Origin: Emiliania huxleyi CCMP1516
Lineage: Eukaryota
Assembly (NCBI RefSeq): GCF_000372725.1
Contig: NW_005201391.1
Coordinates: 50,736-114,735, forward strand
Direction of reading: 5' to 3'
Length of the DNA: 64,000 nt
The translations under genes were made by a program, and so were the position numbers. Positions 37,176 to 49,576 of the stretch are shown here, in pieces; position 1 is the stretch's first letter; each line of letters opens with the position of its first letter. The notes under the pieces were generated by a model. The model worked only from the letters and a program-made list of their open reading frames with translations, did no database searches and was not told the origin of the DNA.

Positions 37176-39069
37176 CAGCTGCTGCCCAAGAAGATCGAGG
37201 CCTTTGCGGAGCGGCGCGTGATCTCTGTTCTGGCTGGAGCCGTCGGTATATATATAGCTTCGCTCGAGAGCTTCGCCTCCTAACGCCGACGGCGCCGTCT
37301 GGAGCTGGGGCGATGGATACCAAGGCCGGTTGGGTAACGGCAACCAGCAGAACCAGCTTCTACCGAAGAAGATCGAGGCCTTCTCTGCCACACACTATGC
37401 CGTGGATCAGGCGGCGGTTTTCGGCGCCCTTGTCCGCGTCCTCCGTAGTGATGGCTTGCTCTGGCTGTCGACGTATCCTTCCAACCCATCCGAGTTCGCG
37501 CCAGTTCTCTTGCTAATCCACAGCGACTCCGACGTCCACAAGTGCTTCTTTGACGAAGACACTGGCACCCCGCTCCCGTTTGCACATATCGACGCGTTTC
37601 CTCTGGATGCACCATTAGGGCATCTGGAGCACTGGTACGATCCCGACTCCTCGGCGGTGGAAACGTACCTCAGCGCACTCGGCCTGGTGGTGCACGAGTG
37701 TCGGCGAGAACGGCGCTCGTACCGCCTGCTCGGTGGCGTCGAGGACTATGCCAAGATGCTTGCGCCGTGGCACCCGTGGATTGCGTGCGTGCGCGAGAGA
37801 GGTGGTGAAGCGCTCCTCCACCGGTTCCTCGCCCAGCTGTCGGATTCGTACCGCGAGTGGCTCCGCGCGTGCGGTGATTCGAGCGGTGCAGCCGATGCAC
37901 AGCCGCCTTTCGTCTTCGACACCGTCTATGTCAGCGCGCGGAAGACGTGCGTGGCCGCCACTGGCACAACGGTGCCACCGCAGTGTCCGCCGCCGTCTGG
38001 CAGGTTGCAGATGATCTCGCCGGACTTTTCTGGCTCGCACTTTACCGTGGAGCATGTCGACTTTTATGACCCCGACGAGGACGAGCACATGACGCCGGTC
38101 CGCCTGCCCATCGCTTCCTTCGAGACGGCTTGCGCCGCCGCCGGCATCCGACGCACCGACGCCTTTGACCACTTTGGGTTCGAGCCGATTGCGCTGACAC
38201 CGTCGGAGATGGCGGCGCTGCAGCTCGCGCGCGGCATCGCCCTAAAGGATTTGAGCACACGCACACTCGACGAGCGCATGTACATGGAGAACAATCTTGG
38301 CTTGCCCGGGGAGTTTCCTCGGGAGGCTCTCTCGTCCATCGAGATCCAATCGCAGCTGAGCAGCTATTTGGGCGTCCGCAAGCGCCACGGCGCCGCACAG
38401 TTGCTCGAGCATATCGTGCGCCGGTGGGCCGAGAGCAGGTTGGCGGCCCAAGGGGGGCAGCTTCGGACGCTCGCCAGCCATTCGGTCGAGATCCGTGAGA
38501 GCTTACGATACGCGTCGTCGTCGCGCGCCACCGCCGCCGGTGGCGGCGTAGACCCTCCCGCCACCGCTCTCGGCACAGGCGCAGCGCACGTGCGGCCACA
38601 GCCTCATGTGCATGTCGACTACACGACTCGTGCCGCCGCGCTCCGCCGCCTCGCGAGGCCTCCCGAGTGGTCGACGCGCGCAGCCACCGATGTACCGCCG
38701 GAAGAGGAGTTGTGGCAGGTCGTCAACATTTGGCTGCCGATGCACGCGCTGGGTGAGGCGGTGGACGACGGCTTTGGCTTCGTGGTCGGCGGCGAGAGCG
38801 AGGTCATCCCCGTGTACGTACACGGCGCCGAGTTTGCGGCCAATGTGAGGCTGCGGCGGTCCGCGGAGGCGACGCTCGTCGAGGAGCCGTGCATGGGGTG
38901 GGGGCGCGCGTGGATCTTCAAGTCGGTCTTGGAGCTCGGCGCACCGCCTCACTCGGCATTTGCACGCGAGTGCAACGAATCCGATGTGGATCGTCTTGCA
39001 GCGGTCGCAGCTCCGCGGGTCGTCGGCCGCAAGAGTCTCGATGTGCGTGTGGCTGTGTACTATAAGTAG
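37176..39069 (+). CDS. Chimeric ORF: RCC1 remnant + partial class I methyltransferase + CmcJ/NvfI/AsaB-like oxygenase
   Basis: AVWSWGDGYQGRLGNG..QLLPKKIEAF runs in frame into SATHYAVDQAAVFGALVRVLRSDGLLWL, then HVHVDYT, WQVVNIWLP, PPHSAF and RKSLDVR. No clear start codon. Confidence 0.65.
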
Positions 39070-39125
39070 TCCAGTCCCTGACGAGTTACAGTATAGACGT
39101 CGGTTCCCCCCACCAGCAACCAGGT

Positions 39126-39263
39126 TGCTCACCCACGACACCGGGCCGGTGCTTGCACTTTGAATGCCGTGGGGCCCCTGCCCGAGTCCGGGGCGTGGAG
39201 CCCCCCCTTGCCCCACCACTTTGTGTGTGTGGAGACGTCTATTACCTCTTATTACCTTACCTT
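39126..39263 (+). mobile_element. 138-bp short retroposon with (TTACC)n tail
   Basis: 14-bp TSD ACCAGCAACCAGGT at 39112-39125 and 39264-39277. Confidence 0.8.
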
Positions 39264-39615
39264 ACCAGCAACCAGGTAGGTGACTTCGATCGGCGCGCTG
39301 CTATCTATGGATGGTGGGTGGTGTTGGCAAAACAAGACACAGAGCTCACACAGAATCACAGCGGGAGGAAAGCGGCGAGTCGCAATTCCTGGGGTCCTTG
39401 TGGCGGGCCACCCTGTCCAGAGAGGCATGGATGCCAATCTGGGGTCTTTCGACCGAGTCTATGAGCCCCGGCCGCTCCCGGTTGTGGCAGAGGCGTCACG
39501 ATGCCTTACCCAAGCTACAAGAGCACACATACAAGCACAACGACCTGTTGAACGTGCGCGTGCGGCCGTCGCGCGTACGGTACTCAACCGAGAGTCTCTT
39601 TGGGCTCTCTGTGGG

Positions 39616-40941
39616 TCAGGGTCCGCGCCCCGCGTTCCACAAGCGCAGGAAGGGCATGCGCACTCGCTCCCACGCCCCCTGCAGGTCGTCGGCGGCGGGC
39701 CGCGCGTCGATGTGCATCGCGACCTGTTCACAGCGGCGTGGCTGTGAAGAGACGGGAAGCCGGTCGCGCCCTGCTGCATCTCGGCTGTCTCTCGGCTGTC
39801 TCTCGGCTGTGTCTCTCGGCTGTGTCTCTCGGCTGTGTTCTCGGCTGCAACTCGGCTGCAACTCGGCTGTGTCTCGGCTGTGTCTCGGCTGTGTCTCTCG
39901 GCTGTCTCTCGGCTGTCTCTCGGCTGTGTCTCTCGGCTGTATTCTCGGCTGCATTCTCGGCTGCATCTCGGCTGCATCTCGGCTGTGTCTCGGCTGTGGC
40001 TCGGCTATCTCGGACTAGCGGCGACCGGCTTGCCGGCGATGGGCCTCGCGTTGTAGTAGTCGATGAGGTAGCGGACCTAAGGTAATTAGTGATCAATTAA
40101 TCAACTCATTAATTCACGCGTTGAGTAGTCGATGAGGTAGCGGGCCAGGCTAGCCCTCGCGACTCCACGTCTAGACGACAGGAGCTAGCACGGCTTCAGA
40201 GTGCAAGGGTCCGGTCGGACCTCCTTGCCGCACCGCGAGACGACCCATATCTCCCCCTATCTCCCCCTATCTCCCCCTATCTCCCGGTCGGACCTCCCTG
40301 CCGCACCGCGAGACGACCCAGTCATGCCGGTCGAACGGGGGCTTGTAGCCGACGGCGGTAAACAGGCGCGCCTTTGGAGTCGGCTCGTCGGGCACGCCGC
40401 CGAACCGCACCAGCTTGAGGTCGTCGACGCACTCGGGGTAGTGGCGCTCCCAGAGCAAGATCTCGCGCCTACACAGGGCATTGCGGTAATCTCGGGCAAT
40501 CTCCGGGTACTCTCGGGGTGATCTCGGGGTGATCTCGCGCCACGTGCGCTCGTTGACAGTGTTGTGGATGGCGACGACGGTGCGCATGTCCTCCTCTTGC
40601 GGCTCGAAGCCCTTCCGGCGCATCGCGTTGTAAAACATCTGCGCCGACGGGTACACCCAGTGGCCCCCCTCCGCACCTGCCTGCGGGATCGTCGACTCCA
40701 CCCTCTCCTTTGACAGCGGCAGCCGCTGCCCAGCCGCGGGAAGCTGGTTCGCCACCGCCGGCATCGCGTTGTCGGGGTTGAGCCGCTCGCCCGCCGGCGA
40801 GCCTCTCGCGTGCACCGGGCAGCCGCTCGTGCTCGCCGAGCCCGCCGCCGCCGCCGCAGAGTCGCCGCCGGACGTCTGGGCGGCCGCGGCGGCGGAGGCG
40901 GTCTCGGCGGCGGCCGGCGAGTGGATCACGGGGCAGCCCAT
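39616..40941 (-). CDS. HCCS: Holocytochrome c synthase (cytochrome c heme lyase), multi-exon
   Basis: Two CPV heme-regulatory motifs, WVYPSAQMFYNAMRRKG, IHNTVNERTW, PFDRHDWVVSRCG, YLIDYY and IDARPA. Confidence 0.95.
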
Positions 40942-41303
40942 CTCGGAGGCGCGGGTCCTGCGCGTGCGTCGGAGGGCGCGGGCGTTCGATCCTCTACGCT
41001 CGAGCCGGCTGCTGGGATGTGCGCGTGCGTGTGAGTTTCCGTCATCGGGTCCAACGGTGACCGACGCGGGGTCAGTCGATGCGCAGACCCGGAGATCAGT
41101 CATGTGGCCATGCTCGCTGGGAGCGTTGCTCGTACGTGAGGGCGAGCGCGCTACGGAGAAGGAGTGGCGGCGGGCGCGGGGTCGAGGCACGCGGAGGCGG
41201 CGGGCATACGTGCTCGGACTCGGGGAGGAGGGGCACCTGCGATGTACACTGCGCGAGCGCTTGTCCCTCGCGACTTGTGCTGTGGTCGCAAGCAAACGGC
41301 ACC

Positions 41304-42811
41304 TCAAGTGATGGGGGGCGGCGGAGGCGGCGGCGACGCTTGCTGCTGCTGCATCTCGAGCAGGCTCTTGCGTCTCCGCTCCTCGCTCTCCGCCGCGCGC
41401 AGACTCCGGGCCTTCTCCCTCTCGTCACGCTCACTCTCATTCCGCCTCCTCTCGTCGCTGTGTCCGAGTCGGAGGCGCCTCTTCTCGCGGTCGGCCTTCT
41501 TTTGGACCTCGCGCGTGTCTGCGTCGAGGGCGGCCTGGCGATCGCTCTTGCGCTCCCCGTTGCGCCAGCATTGGGGTGGAATCTGGCGAAAGGCACGCAA
41601 AAAAAGAATTGATGCGCCAGCTATTTCACTGAAGCACTTGAGCACTGGCCGACACTTCTCGAGGGACGAGGCTACTACTATCGGAAACAACCGTGCCAGG
41701 CGGCAATTCAGTCAGGGTTCAGCTCTCCCGGCCCTCGCAGATGTCCACTACCGCTCGCAATGAAACGAAGAGAGTCAAACGAGAGCTGCGTCTGCTGCGC
41801 GTGCTGCGCCTGCGCTTGCTGCGCCAATATCGCCTGGGCCTGAGCCTGCCGCTGCGCCATCAGCAGCTGTGCTGCTGCTTGTTGGTGTGCCGCCTGGGCT
41901 GCGGCCTGCTGCTGCGCCTATGGATGAGTTGTGGAGTTAGTCCGAGACGATGAACCATCAGAACTAGCCCCGCCCCACCTGCTGCGCCTGCGCCTGCGCC
42001 TGGCCCTGCTGCGTCAGCATCGCCTGCGCCTCCTGCGCCTCCTGCTCTGCCTGCGCCTGCTGCGCTGCCTGCGCCTGCTGCGCTGCCTGCGCCTGCTGTG
42101 GTGTGGTCGGCATCTGCTGGCCGGTCGCCATCTGCGGCGACTGCCGCGGCGAGGGGGCGTGCTGCCCGAGCGGCGAGCCAGAGTAGGAGCTCTGCGCCTG
42201 CTGCATCGCCTGCAGGTGCGCCATCATCTGCAGCATCGCCACCGGCTGCGGTGGCTGGCTGGCGGCGGAGAGGGCGACGAGCTGCGCTTGCTGCAACGCC
42301 GAGAGCGGCACGGGCATCGACGGGACGCCGGGGAAGCCGCCCGGGCGGGAGCCGAGCGAGTCCTGGCTGCCGACCAACATGCCCGATTGCTGCCGCTCCA
42401 GCGCCAGGGCGACGGCACGCTCCCGTGCCTCGCGATCCTCGCGGAGCGGAGGGCCGCGCTTCCGCCCGACGCGGGGGATGCACGGGATGTTGCGGGCGAC
42501 GCAGTTGGAGCACCTGCCGCAGCGGAGCATCACGCAGCGGATGCGCTTCTGGCAGCAGGCGACGCACGCCGAAGCGCACCGCTTCCGCTCGCCTGAAGCG
42601 CACGGCGAGGGGTTGGGACGGGAGGCGTTGGCGGCGAGAGATGGCTGGGCAACACGAGTGCACCGCCGGATCCGTTTGGGCAGAAGGAACCCATCGGCTG
42701 CATGAGATCTTCGAGCAACACACTCGACGCTCCCGCTTGCGCCCCCATCGACAGCTGGAGGGGCGCGCTCCCCGCGCCCGGTGGGACGATTGCGGGTCTG
42801 CCCGTTTCCAT
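41304..42811 (-). CDS. Zn(II)2Cys6-type transcription factor with Gln-rich region
   Basis: C-x2-C-x6-C-x7-C-x2-C-x6-C at 42480-42566 followed by RKRGP. Both termini are uncertain. Confidence 0.75.
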
Positions 42812-43249
42812 CTGTGTCGAAGCGTCCACACCCCTCTCGACGCTTCCGCACGCGCTCGAGCCCGGCTGAGCCGTGGGTGCCGGCCAGCCCGCGCCTACAG
42901 CGAAGAGCGGCCGCGGTCAACCACATATATACACAGCCATGGTCAGAGGCGTCCACCGAGCGCCCACGCCAACGCTGGTCGCCGGCATGGGAACAGCTGG
43001 CGCTGCGGGAAAGTGGGGAGGCTGCATCGCTGCGAGTGGGGGTGCTGCTCCCTCGGTGCTGGTCCCCACCCCGGCGATGGTCGCCGGGGGGGGGCCAGGT
43101 GCCTCTGACATGCCGGAAGTGACTCGCTTTGACTCGGACCGTGGCAAAATCACCGTCTTCGAAGGCTAAACATTCCCGCGATCTCCGAAGCAGGAGTTTC
43201 GCCGAAGCGCAGTGATGAGCATGCAGCATGGGACGCCCGTCACCCACCT

Positions 43250-43560
43250 CGGGACCTGAGCAACGACATGACAGGGCGGGATATGCTCGCAGTGGGAGTC
43301 AGAAATGTGGTCCTTGCGCGAGGAATGCTCGATAAACTCGAGGGACCAAAATACGCGGAGAGGAGAGCGGAGTTACGTACGCAGAAAGGCGAGAGAAGCA
43401 GCGAGAGCAAGGCAGACGGCAGCGGCGTCTCAGAACGAGGCCGAGGAGAGCGATGCGTCAGGGGAAGAGACAGCAGGAGAGAGAACGACGAGAGTGGGAA
43501 GAACGCGAGGTGGCACATGAAAGTGATCAGTTCTAATGAATGTACCGGGGCCCAACGGAT
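43250..43560 (+). mobile_element. Diverged relative of the retroposon at 24509-25039
   Basis: DLSNDMTGRDMLAVGVRNVVLARGMLDKLEGPKYAERRAELR aligns with DLSNNMTWRQMIGVGVRNVVLARGELDRLEGPGYAARRTELR. Confidence 0.7.
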
Positions 43561-43865
43561 AGATGAATCCGGGGCACCCTCCGCTCGAATCCCTGGCCGG
43601 GGGTTCGAGGTGGCCCCCACCCTGGGGCCTCCCATCAAAGGGACTGCGGCAGAAGACGCCCAATCTTGCACAAGTGCAAGAACCATACCTTCGTTGCGCG
43701 GCAGTCTTTTTTCGCGCAGCTGAGCTCTTAGTGTTCTTGGACGACGCCAGGAAGAGGTGTGCGCCCGCCGGCTCGCGTGCGCGCCATCGCCCCGCCCTCC
43801 GGTCCCTGGGCGGCGGCTCGCGCTTGGACGGTCCCCTGTCAGGGGCCGCAGCAGCCGGAAAAGGC

Positions 43866-46172
43866 ATGTTGCTTCGGTGTGTCGGCCTCGCGCTGCTGTT
43901 CGCCGGCCCGGCGGCTGCGTATCAGCCTGCGTGCGATGGCAGGCTGCCGCTCCTGCGCCGCGCTCCGCTGGTCGCGAGCAGCAGCGCGGTCGCTGCGCCT
44001 CAGAGCCGCGCTTCCGACCGGCAGCTCTACCTCCTCTTTGGCTCGCGGTTCGTGCAGTCCATCATGCGGCTAGCGATGGGGCCGCTGGTGGTGTACGTGT
44101 GTGGCGACATGGCGTGCGATGCCTCCTCGCGCGGCCAGCTGCTCTCATCCTACTCGCTCGGCTACCTCTCCTCGCAGATCGCCGGCGGTGCTCTCGCCGA
44201 CCGCATCGGGCCGCGGCTGGTGATCCTGTGCGCGTCGGCCCTGGGCGGGGCGTGCACCTTGGCTTCTGCGAGCGCGCGCTCGGTCCGCGCCCTCTGCCTC
44301 GCGCAGGTCCTGCTCGGGGTCTCCCAGGGCCCCCTCTACCCCACCTCGATCGCCTACCTCGGTGCCGTCGGCGCTAGATGCAAGCACAGACGCGGAGCAC
44401 AAGTCCGTGTGTCGCACGGCGGCGGGCCCACACGCACTCACACGCGGGCCCTTTGTCGCCGGGGGTGCCGCACTAGACGTGCACGCGACACACTCACACC
44501 TTGGACTCTCTCTGGCCCTCGGCCCTCTTAGACTCTGGGCCTCTTCCCCACTCTCGCCTGGGCTTTGTCTCTCTCCTCCCTTCTGGCTCTCTTGTTCACA
44601 GCACGTGGCTTTGGCTCTCTTCTCCACAGCACGCCGTGGCTGTCTCTCCTCCCACACCCTGACCCAGTCTCTCAAGCTCACCAGGCCCGGCGCTGCCTCC
44701 GAGCAAGCGCGCGCACGCGTCCACCGTCCTCGACCTCGGCATCACCCTCGCCACCCTACTCGCCCTCCCCTTCTCTGGCGCCATCGCCGCCGCGGTCGGC
44801 TGGCGCGCACGCACACTCCGCATCCCGCCACCACCGCTACCCTCGCCTCCGCCGCCGTCGCCGCCGCCACCCAACCCGCCGCCACCCTCGCCGCCGCCGC
44901 CCTCACCGCCGCCGCCCAGCCCGCCGCCCTCGCCGCCTCCGCCCTCGCCGCCTCCACCCTCCCTCCACCACCGCCCGTCCGGCGATCCGCCTCTCGTCAC
45001 GCGTGCCGCTGTTGACCAGGCGCGGCGCCTTCCGCCTCTACGGCGTGCTCGGCCTCGCCTTCACCGCCCTCTGGGCGTCTCTCTCTCTCGACCTCCCATC
45101 ACAACACCCGCCGCCCACGCCCGCACCCGCCGCACCCGCCGCTCCCGCCGCTACTCCCGCCGCCACTCCCACCGCCGCCGCCGCAGCCGTCTCCTCCGCC
45201 GCCTCCGCCATCGCCGCGGCGCGGGAGGCGCGCGTGGGCGGCGGGGTGGGCGGCGAGGGAGGGAGGGGCGGGCGCGGCGTGCCGCCGCTGCTGCTCGGGA
45301 GCCGGCGGGTGCGGCTGCTGCTGTCGTCGGGCGCCGTGTGGGTCATCTTCTTCTCGCACATGGCGTTCAACCTCTGCATCTACTTCATGACGAGCTGGGC
45401 GCCGACCTTCTACTCGGAGTCGTTTGGTCTGCTGCCCGAGAAGGCAGAGCTCGAGGGGCGGGACGAGGTTCAGATGTCCACTCAGTTCACACTAGTCTCG
45501 GACTGCCGCCCGAGCAGGCCAAGCTCGCCCTCGCCCTGCCGCCGCTGGTCGACCTCGCCGTCAAGGCGCTGCTCGCGCGGCCGCTCGAGGCTGCGCTGCG
45601 AGGCCCGTCCCTCGGCTTCTCCGCCCTCGGCTGAAGAAGAGACCCCGCCGGCAGAGACGAGATGCGAACGAGTGTTCCTTCTCTAGGCTTCTCCACCCTC
45701 GGCTGCCGCCGCTTCTTCAGCGGAGTCGGGTTTGTGGGCTCGGCGCTCGCCATGCTGGCGACGCCTGCCGCGGCGAGCCGCTTCGGCGCCGTCGGTGCCA
45801 CTTGCTGCTTCTCTCGCTCGCGAGGAACAAGTAGTAGTAGTACGTATCAGTGATTCATGGTCAGGTGCCACCTGCTGCTTCTCGCTCGCCAACGGCTTCG
45901 CGGCGCTGCACCCGTCCGGCTTCAAGGCGAGCTATATGGACGTCACGCGCTCGGCGACCGGCGTCGTCACCGGCGTCGGCAACACGCTCGCCTCGCTCGC
46001 AGCCTTCGTCGGCCCCGTGGTCGTCGGGCTCCTGCTGCAGCGGCTCGGCTCGTGGGCACCCTCCTTCTGCGCCATCGCCACGCTCCAGCTCCTCGCCGCC
46101 CTCGCCTTCGCGCGCTTCTCGACCGCTACGCCGGTGGACGAGGAGAAGCCGTCCGCAGACCTTGCGCGGTGA
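43866..46172 (+). CDS. MFS transporter, anion:cation symporter (SLC17/PHT4-like), multi-exon
   Basis: LSSYSLGYLSSQIAGGALADRIG, SQGPLYP, YFMTSWAPTFY and SYMDV..TGVVTGVGNTLASLA; N-terminal signal-like leader. Confidence 0.85.
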
Positions 46173-47017
46173 GGCCCGACGTGCACGTGGCCCGCCGCCG
46201 CCGCGCGACGCGAGAGGCGCGTTGCCGTTCCTCTCGCGACAAGCACTGCAGAGCCGTAGCCCGTACAGCTACACGGGAGAGTTTGCTTCGTCGCTCCGAA
46301 CTCGACGGTGGTGACGTGTCGCGTTGGTTTGCCTGCGGTGTGGGGCTCTGGTGGGGCCGCTACCCGCGCTGCCCACGCCGTCATCTGACATCTGTGTTCG
46401 TCGCCTGTTGTGGCTAGCCATTGGCGTTGCCCGAAGGAGGGGTCCCGCCGAAACATTCGCCCAGAGGACACTATGGAGCTGCCCTCTCCCGCTCTCGCGC
46501 CACGCGCCTCTCCAGGTCTCCATCAGACTTCAGAGCACACAGCTGGCTCCAGCTTTTCGGCTCCACATGGACATGTGCGCACAACGCGCCCGCGTTTTCC
46601 ACAATACCTCCGAGGGAGTCTACACCAGATCCCTTGGCCTTGCCCGCTGCGGCCGCCGATCACGAGCAGGCGCGGCCTCTCGCGCCTCGCCACAGCGTCT
46701 CCTATCTTACAGCCGCGGCGACATACCGGTGCTCGTGATCGGCGGCCACATAAACTTCGCACCTTCCAACCTGGTGGAGCGGCACATGCACAGGAGACCG
46801 TTTTATCTTCTCTGAGTGCGCGCCAATCCGCACCTGCGTGTGCTTGGATGTGTGCTTGTGTGTGAGCGCGAGTCGTTGAAGTCTCTATTAAACACCCGCA
46901 CTCCTCCCAGCTCTAGGCTCCCTTTCTCGCACTGTGCCCCAGCAGTGCACAGTGCTCGCATTTGACACACACAGGAGAGCGACACACAGGAGAAGCAATG
47001 TCCCCGGTCCTGCCATT

Positions 47018-47626
47018 CTAGAAGCTTGCAGCCGGGCAGAAGGTGACTACAGGCGCGTACTGGACAGGGTTGAAGGCCTGCGGGTCGCAGGTGCCCGAGT
47101 CGGAAGGGACGTGGTCGCAGCAATGCTCATTGCAGCCCGGGCACGAGATGGGGTTGTATGGGTGATCGCCCTTGGTCCCGCAGTCTTGGCCGTAGTTGCA
47201 AGGGAACACGCCAGAGTTTGCGCCACCGCACGTCTTGGCCGACGAGATCTCAGCATCGATGCCATTGTCTGCCACGATCTTCACAGGTTTGTTGAAGCCG
47301 CTCAAGGCGGACAGGTCCCAGTACATAAATTCGTCTCCAGCCTTCCATGTGCCCTCGAAAAGTGTGTAGCCAGCTGTGCTGGCGTCTGCGTCCTTGTCGC
47401 CAACAATGACGCGAAAGCCTGCACCGAGGGAAGTGAAGCACCCAGGTTGGATGACGTGGCTCGACGACCCTTGGTTGACCGTGTGCAACGTGAGGCCCGC
47501 GCAGTCATTGACGATGCAGACGCCAGCACATGCGGTGCCAGTTGACGGGCAGACGCTTGATGCCTTTTCAATCGGCGCGCCGAACACGCCGGCGAAGAGC
47601 GAGAGGAGCGCGAAGTTGGAGTGCAT
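47018..47626 (-). CDS. Small secreted thaumatin-like protein
   Basis: Signal peptide; IVNDC, TLFE, YWDLSALSGFNKPV and terminal VTFCP; Cys-rich. Confidence 0.75.
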   Translation of the reverse strand: MHSNFALLSLFAGVFGAPIEKASSVCPSTGTACAGVCIVNDCAGLTLHTVNQGSSSHVIQPGCFTSLGAGFRVIVGDKDADASTAGYTLFEGTWKAGDEFMYWDLSALSGFNKPVKIVADNGIDAEISSAKTCGGANSGVFPCNYGQDCGTKGDHPYNPISCPGCNEHCCDHVPSDSGTCDPQAFNPVQYAPVVTFCPAASF

Positions 47627-48340
47627 ATCTGCGGCGAACGTGGCGGTGAGCAAGTCAAGGCACTGGCGATGGCACAGAGCAGCGAGGGCTCGGCTCGTGC
47701 CATCGGTGGCGGTGGTGATAGAAGCTGCTTGCAGGTAGCGGGAGGTGGTGGTGTGGGTGGGCTGTAGGGCGGGCTGGCGGCCTGTATCCAGTCGGTCCTG
47801 ACGCGAGATGTCCTTCCAGGATGATAACGCCGGGAGCCCGATTTATGCTTTTTGCAAAGGAGCAGAATTTACCCTAAAACAGGACAAGGAGCAGAAAGTG
47901 AGAGGGTGGAATCTGTTTCAAAACAGTTGAGAGAGAGTTGAGATTTTATCGCCTCTGTCGGCCCATTTGTGTGAAATACACATTGTTCATAGTTGATTCG
48001 ATCTTCTGTTTACAAGTTTAAGACGATCTGGGAACGAACCGTCCCCCCTGGGTGTAAAGCCGTAGAACCATGTATGCATCTTGATGCATGTGTCGCTCTC
48101 TCGAAGGTCGCGTTCAAACGCCCGGAACGGCCGTTACAGTGGTGTCCGGCCGGCGCGATCACCGTGCAGCGTGCTGTGACGCTCAGGGAAGCCCGATGAG
48201 GTGCTGGTTTCTTTGCCCAGGGCTGGCCTACGGCCCGTGCTGGATCAGCTGAGCAAGGTTTGGGGAGAATCCTATAGTAGGCTCTTCAGATATTTTCACG
48301 GATGCCCGAAATCACCCGTTTTTGCCCAATTTTCGGTCGA

Positions 48341-48876
48341 GCACCTTCCAACCTGGTGGAGCGGCACATGCACAGGAGACCGTTTTATCTTCTCTGAGTG
48401 CGCGCCAATCCGCACCTGCGTGTGCTTGGATGTGTGCTTGTGTGTGAGCGCGAGTCGTTGAAGTCTCTATTAAACACCCGCACTCCTCCCAGCTCTAGGC
48501 TCCCTTTGCCCCAGCAGTGCACAGTGCTCGCATTTGACACACACAGGAGAGCGACACACAGGAGAAGCAATGTCCCCGGTCCTGCCATTCTAGAAGCTTG
48601 CAGCCGGGCAGAAGGTGACTACAGGCGCGTACTGGACAGGGTTGAAGGCCTGCGGGTCGCAGGTGCCCGAGTCGGAAGGGACGTGGTCGCAGCAATGCTC
48701 ATTGCAGCCCGGGCACGAGATGGGGTTGTATGGGTGATCGCCCTTGGTCCCGCAGTCTTGGCCGTAGTTGCAAGGGAACACGCCAGAGTTTGCGCCACCG
48801 CACGTCTTGGCCGACGAGATCTCAGCATCGATGCCATTGTCTGCCACGATCTTCACAGGTTTGTTGAAGCCGCTCA
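48341..48876 (-). pseudogene. 5'-truncated duplicate of the thaumatin-like gene and its 3' flank
   Basis: Copy of 46759-47304 with a 10-bp deletion. Confidence 0.92.
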
Positions 48877-49460
48877 GGGTACTATACCAACTAAAGTGAC
48901 AGGCAGGCGCATCGCAGTTTCTACCATGACGCGATCTTTGTCAAGCGCAACAACTTCAACCTGCTGCTCCACGAGCGAGACGTTCGGCGGCGGCTTCTCG
49001 CCCACCGCTGTTCTTTCTCAAGCTGCGCCGCCTCGCGCGCAAGGTCGCGCGCGGCAGCGTCGACCGCACGGCCTATACTCGCCCAAGTACTCGCTCTCTT
49101 TTATGTCCCACCATGCAGAGCGCATCTCTCTCTCTCTGTTGTGCGAGGCGTGAACCGCGCCATTCGCTCTCACCTGGCAACCCTGTCTGCACGTCTCGCG
49201 CGCGCGTGAACAGGGCTCGCCGTGCAAAGCTCGCTTCCGAGCTCTCACGCCGCGCGTAGGGCCCTTTAGGGGCCTAGAGAACACAACCCCCTCTCCCTTT
49301 TCTCCCAGTAAGCTAAAAGTACGTACATTAATCCCTTGGAGATCCTGTTTCCCACCCCACGAATTAAGTGCAAGGCGGGAGATACAAAGGAACCGCCCAC
49401 ACCAGGGCTTAACCGCTCGCAATCGGATGCATGTTGCTAGAAATGGCAGTGGGGCTGCTC

Positions 49461-49576
49461 CTGTACCGTGTTTGTTATGACCCCCCCCCGATGAACACAC
49501 CAGTGAGGGTGGGCGAGACGATCGAGGGGTCCCGTACCATGCGGAATCGACCCTATCCAGTGCTCAAGTGCTCAAG
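49461..49576 (+). mobile_element. Short retroposon 3' end with (GTGCTCAA)n tail; further copies at ~50376-50497 and ~59984-60086
   Basis: AGTGGGGCTGCTC is duplicated at 49448-49460 and 49575-49587, and a ~95-bp core recurs three times. Confidence 0.8.
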
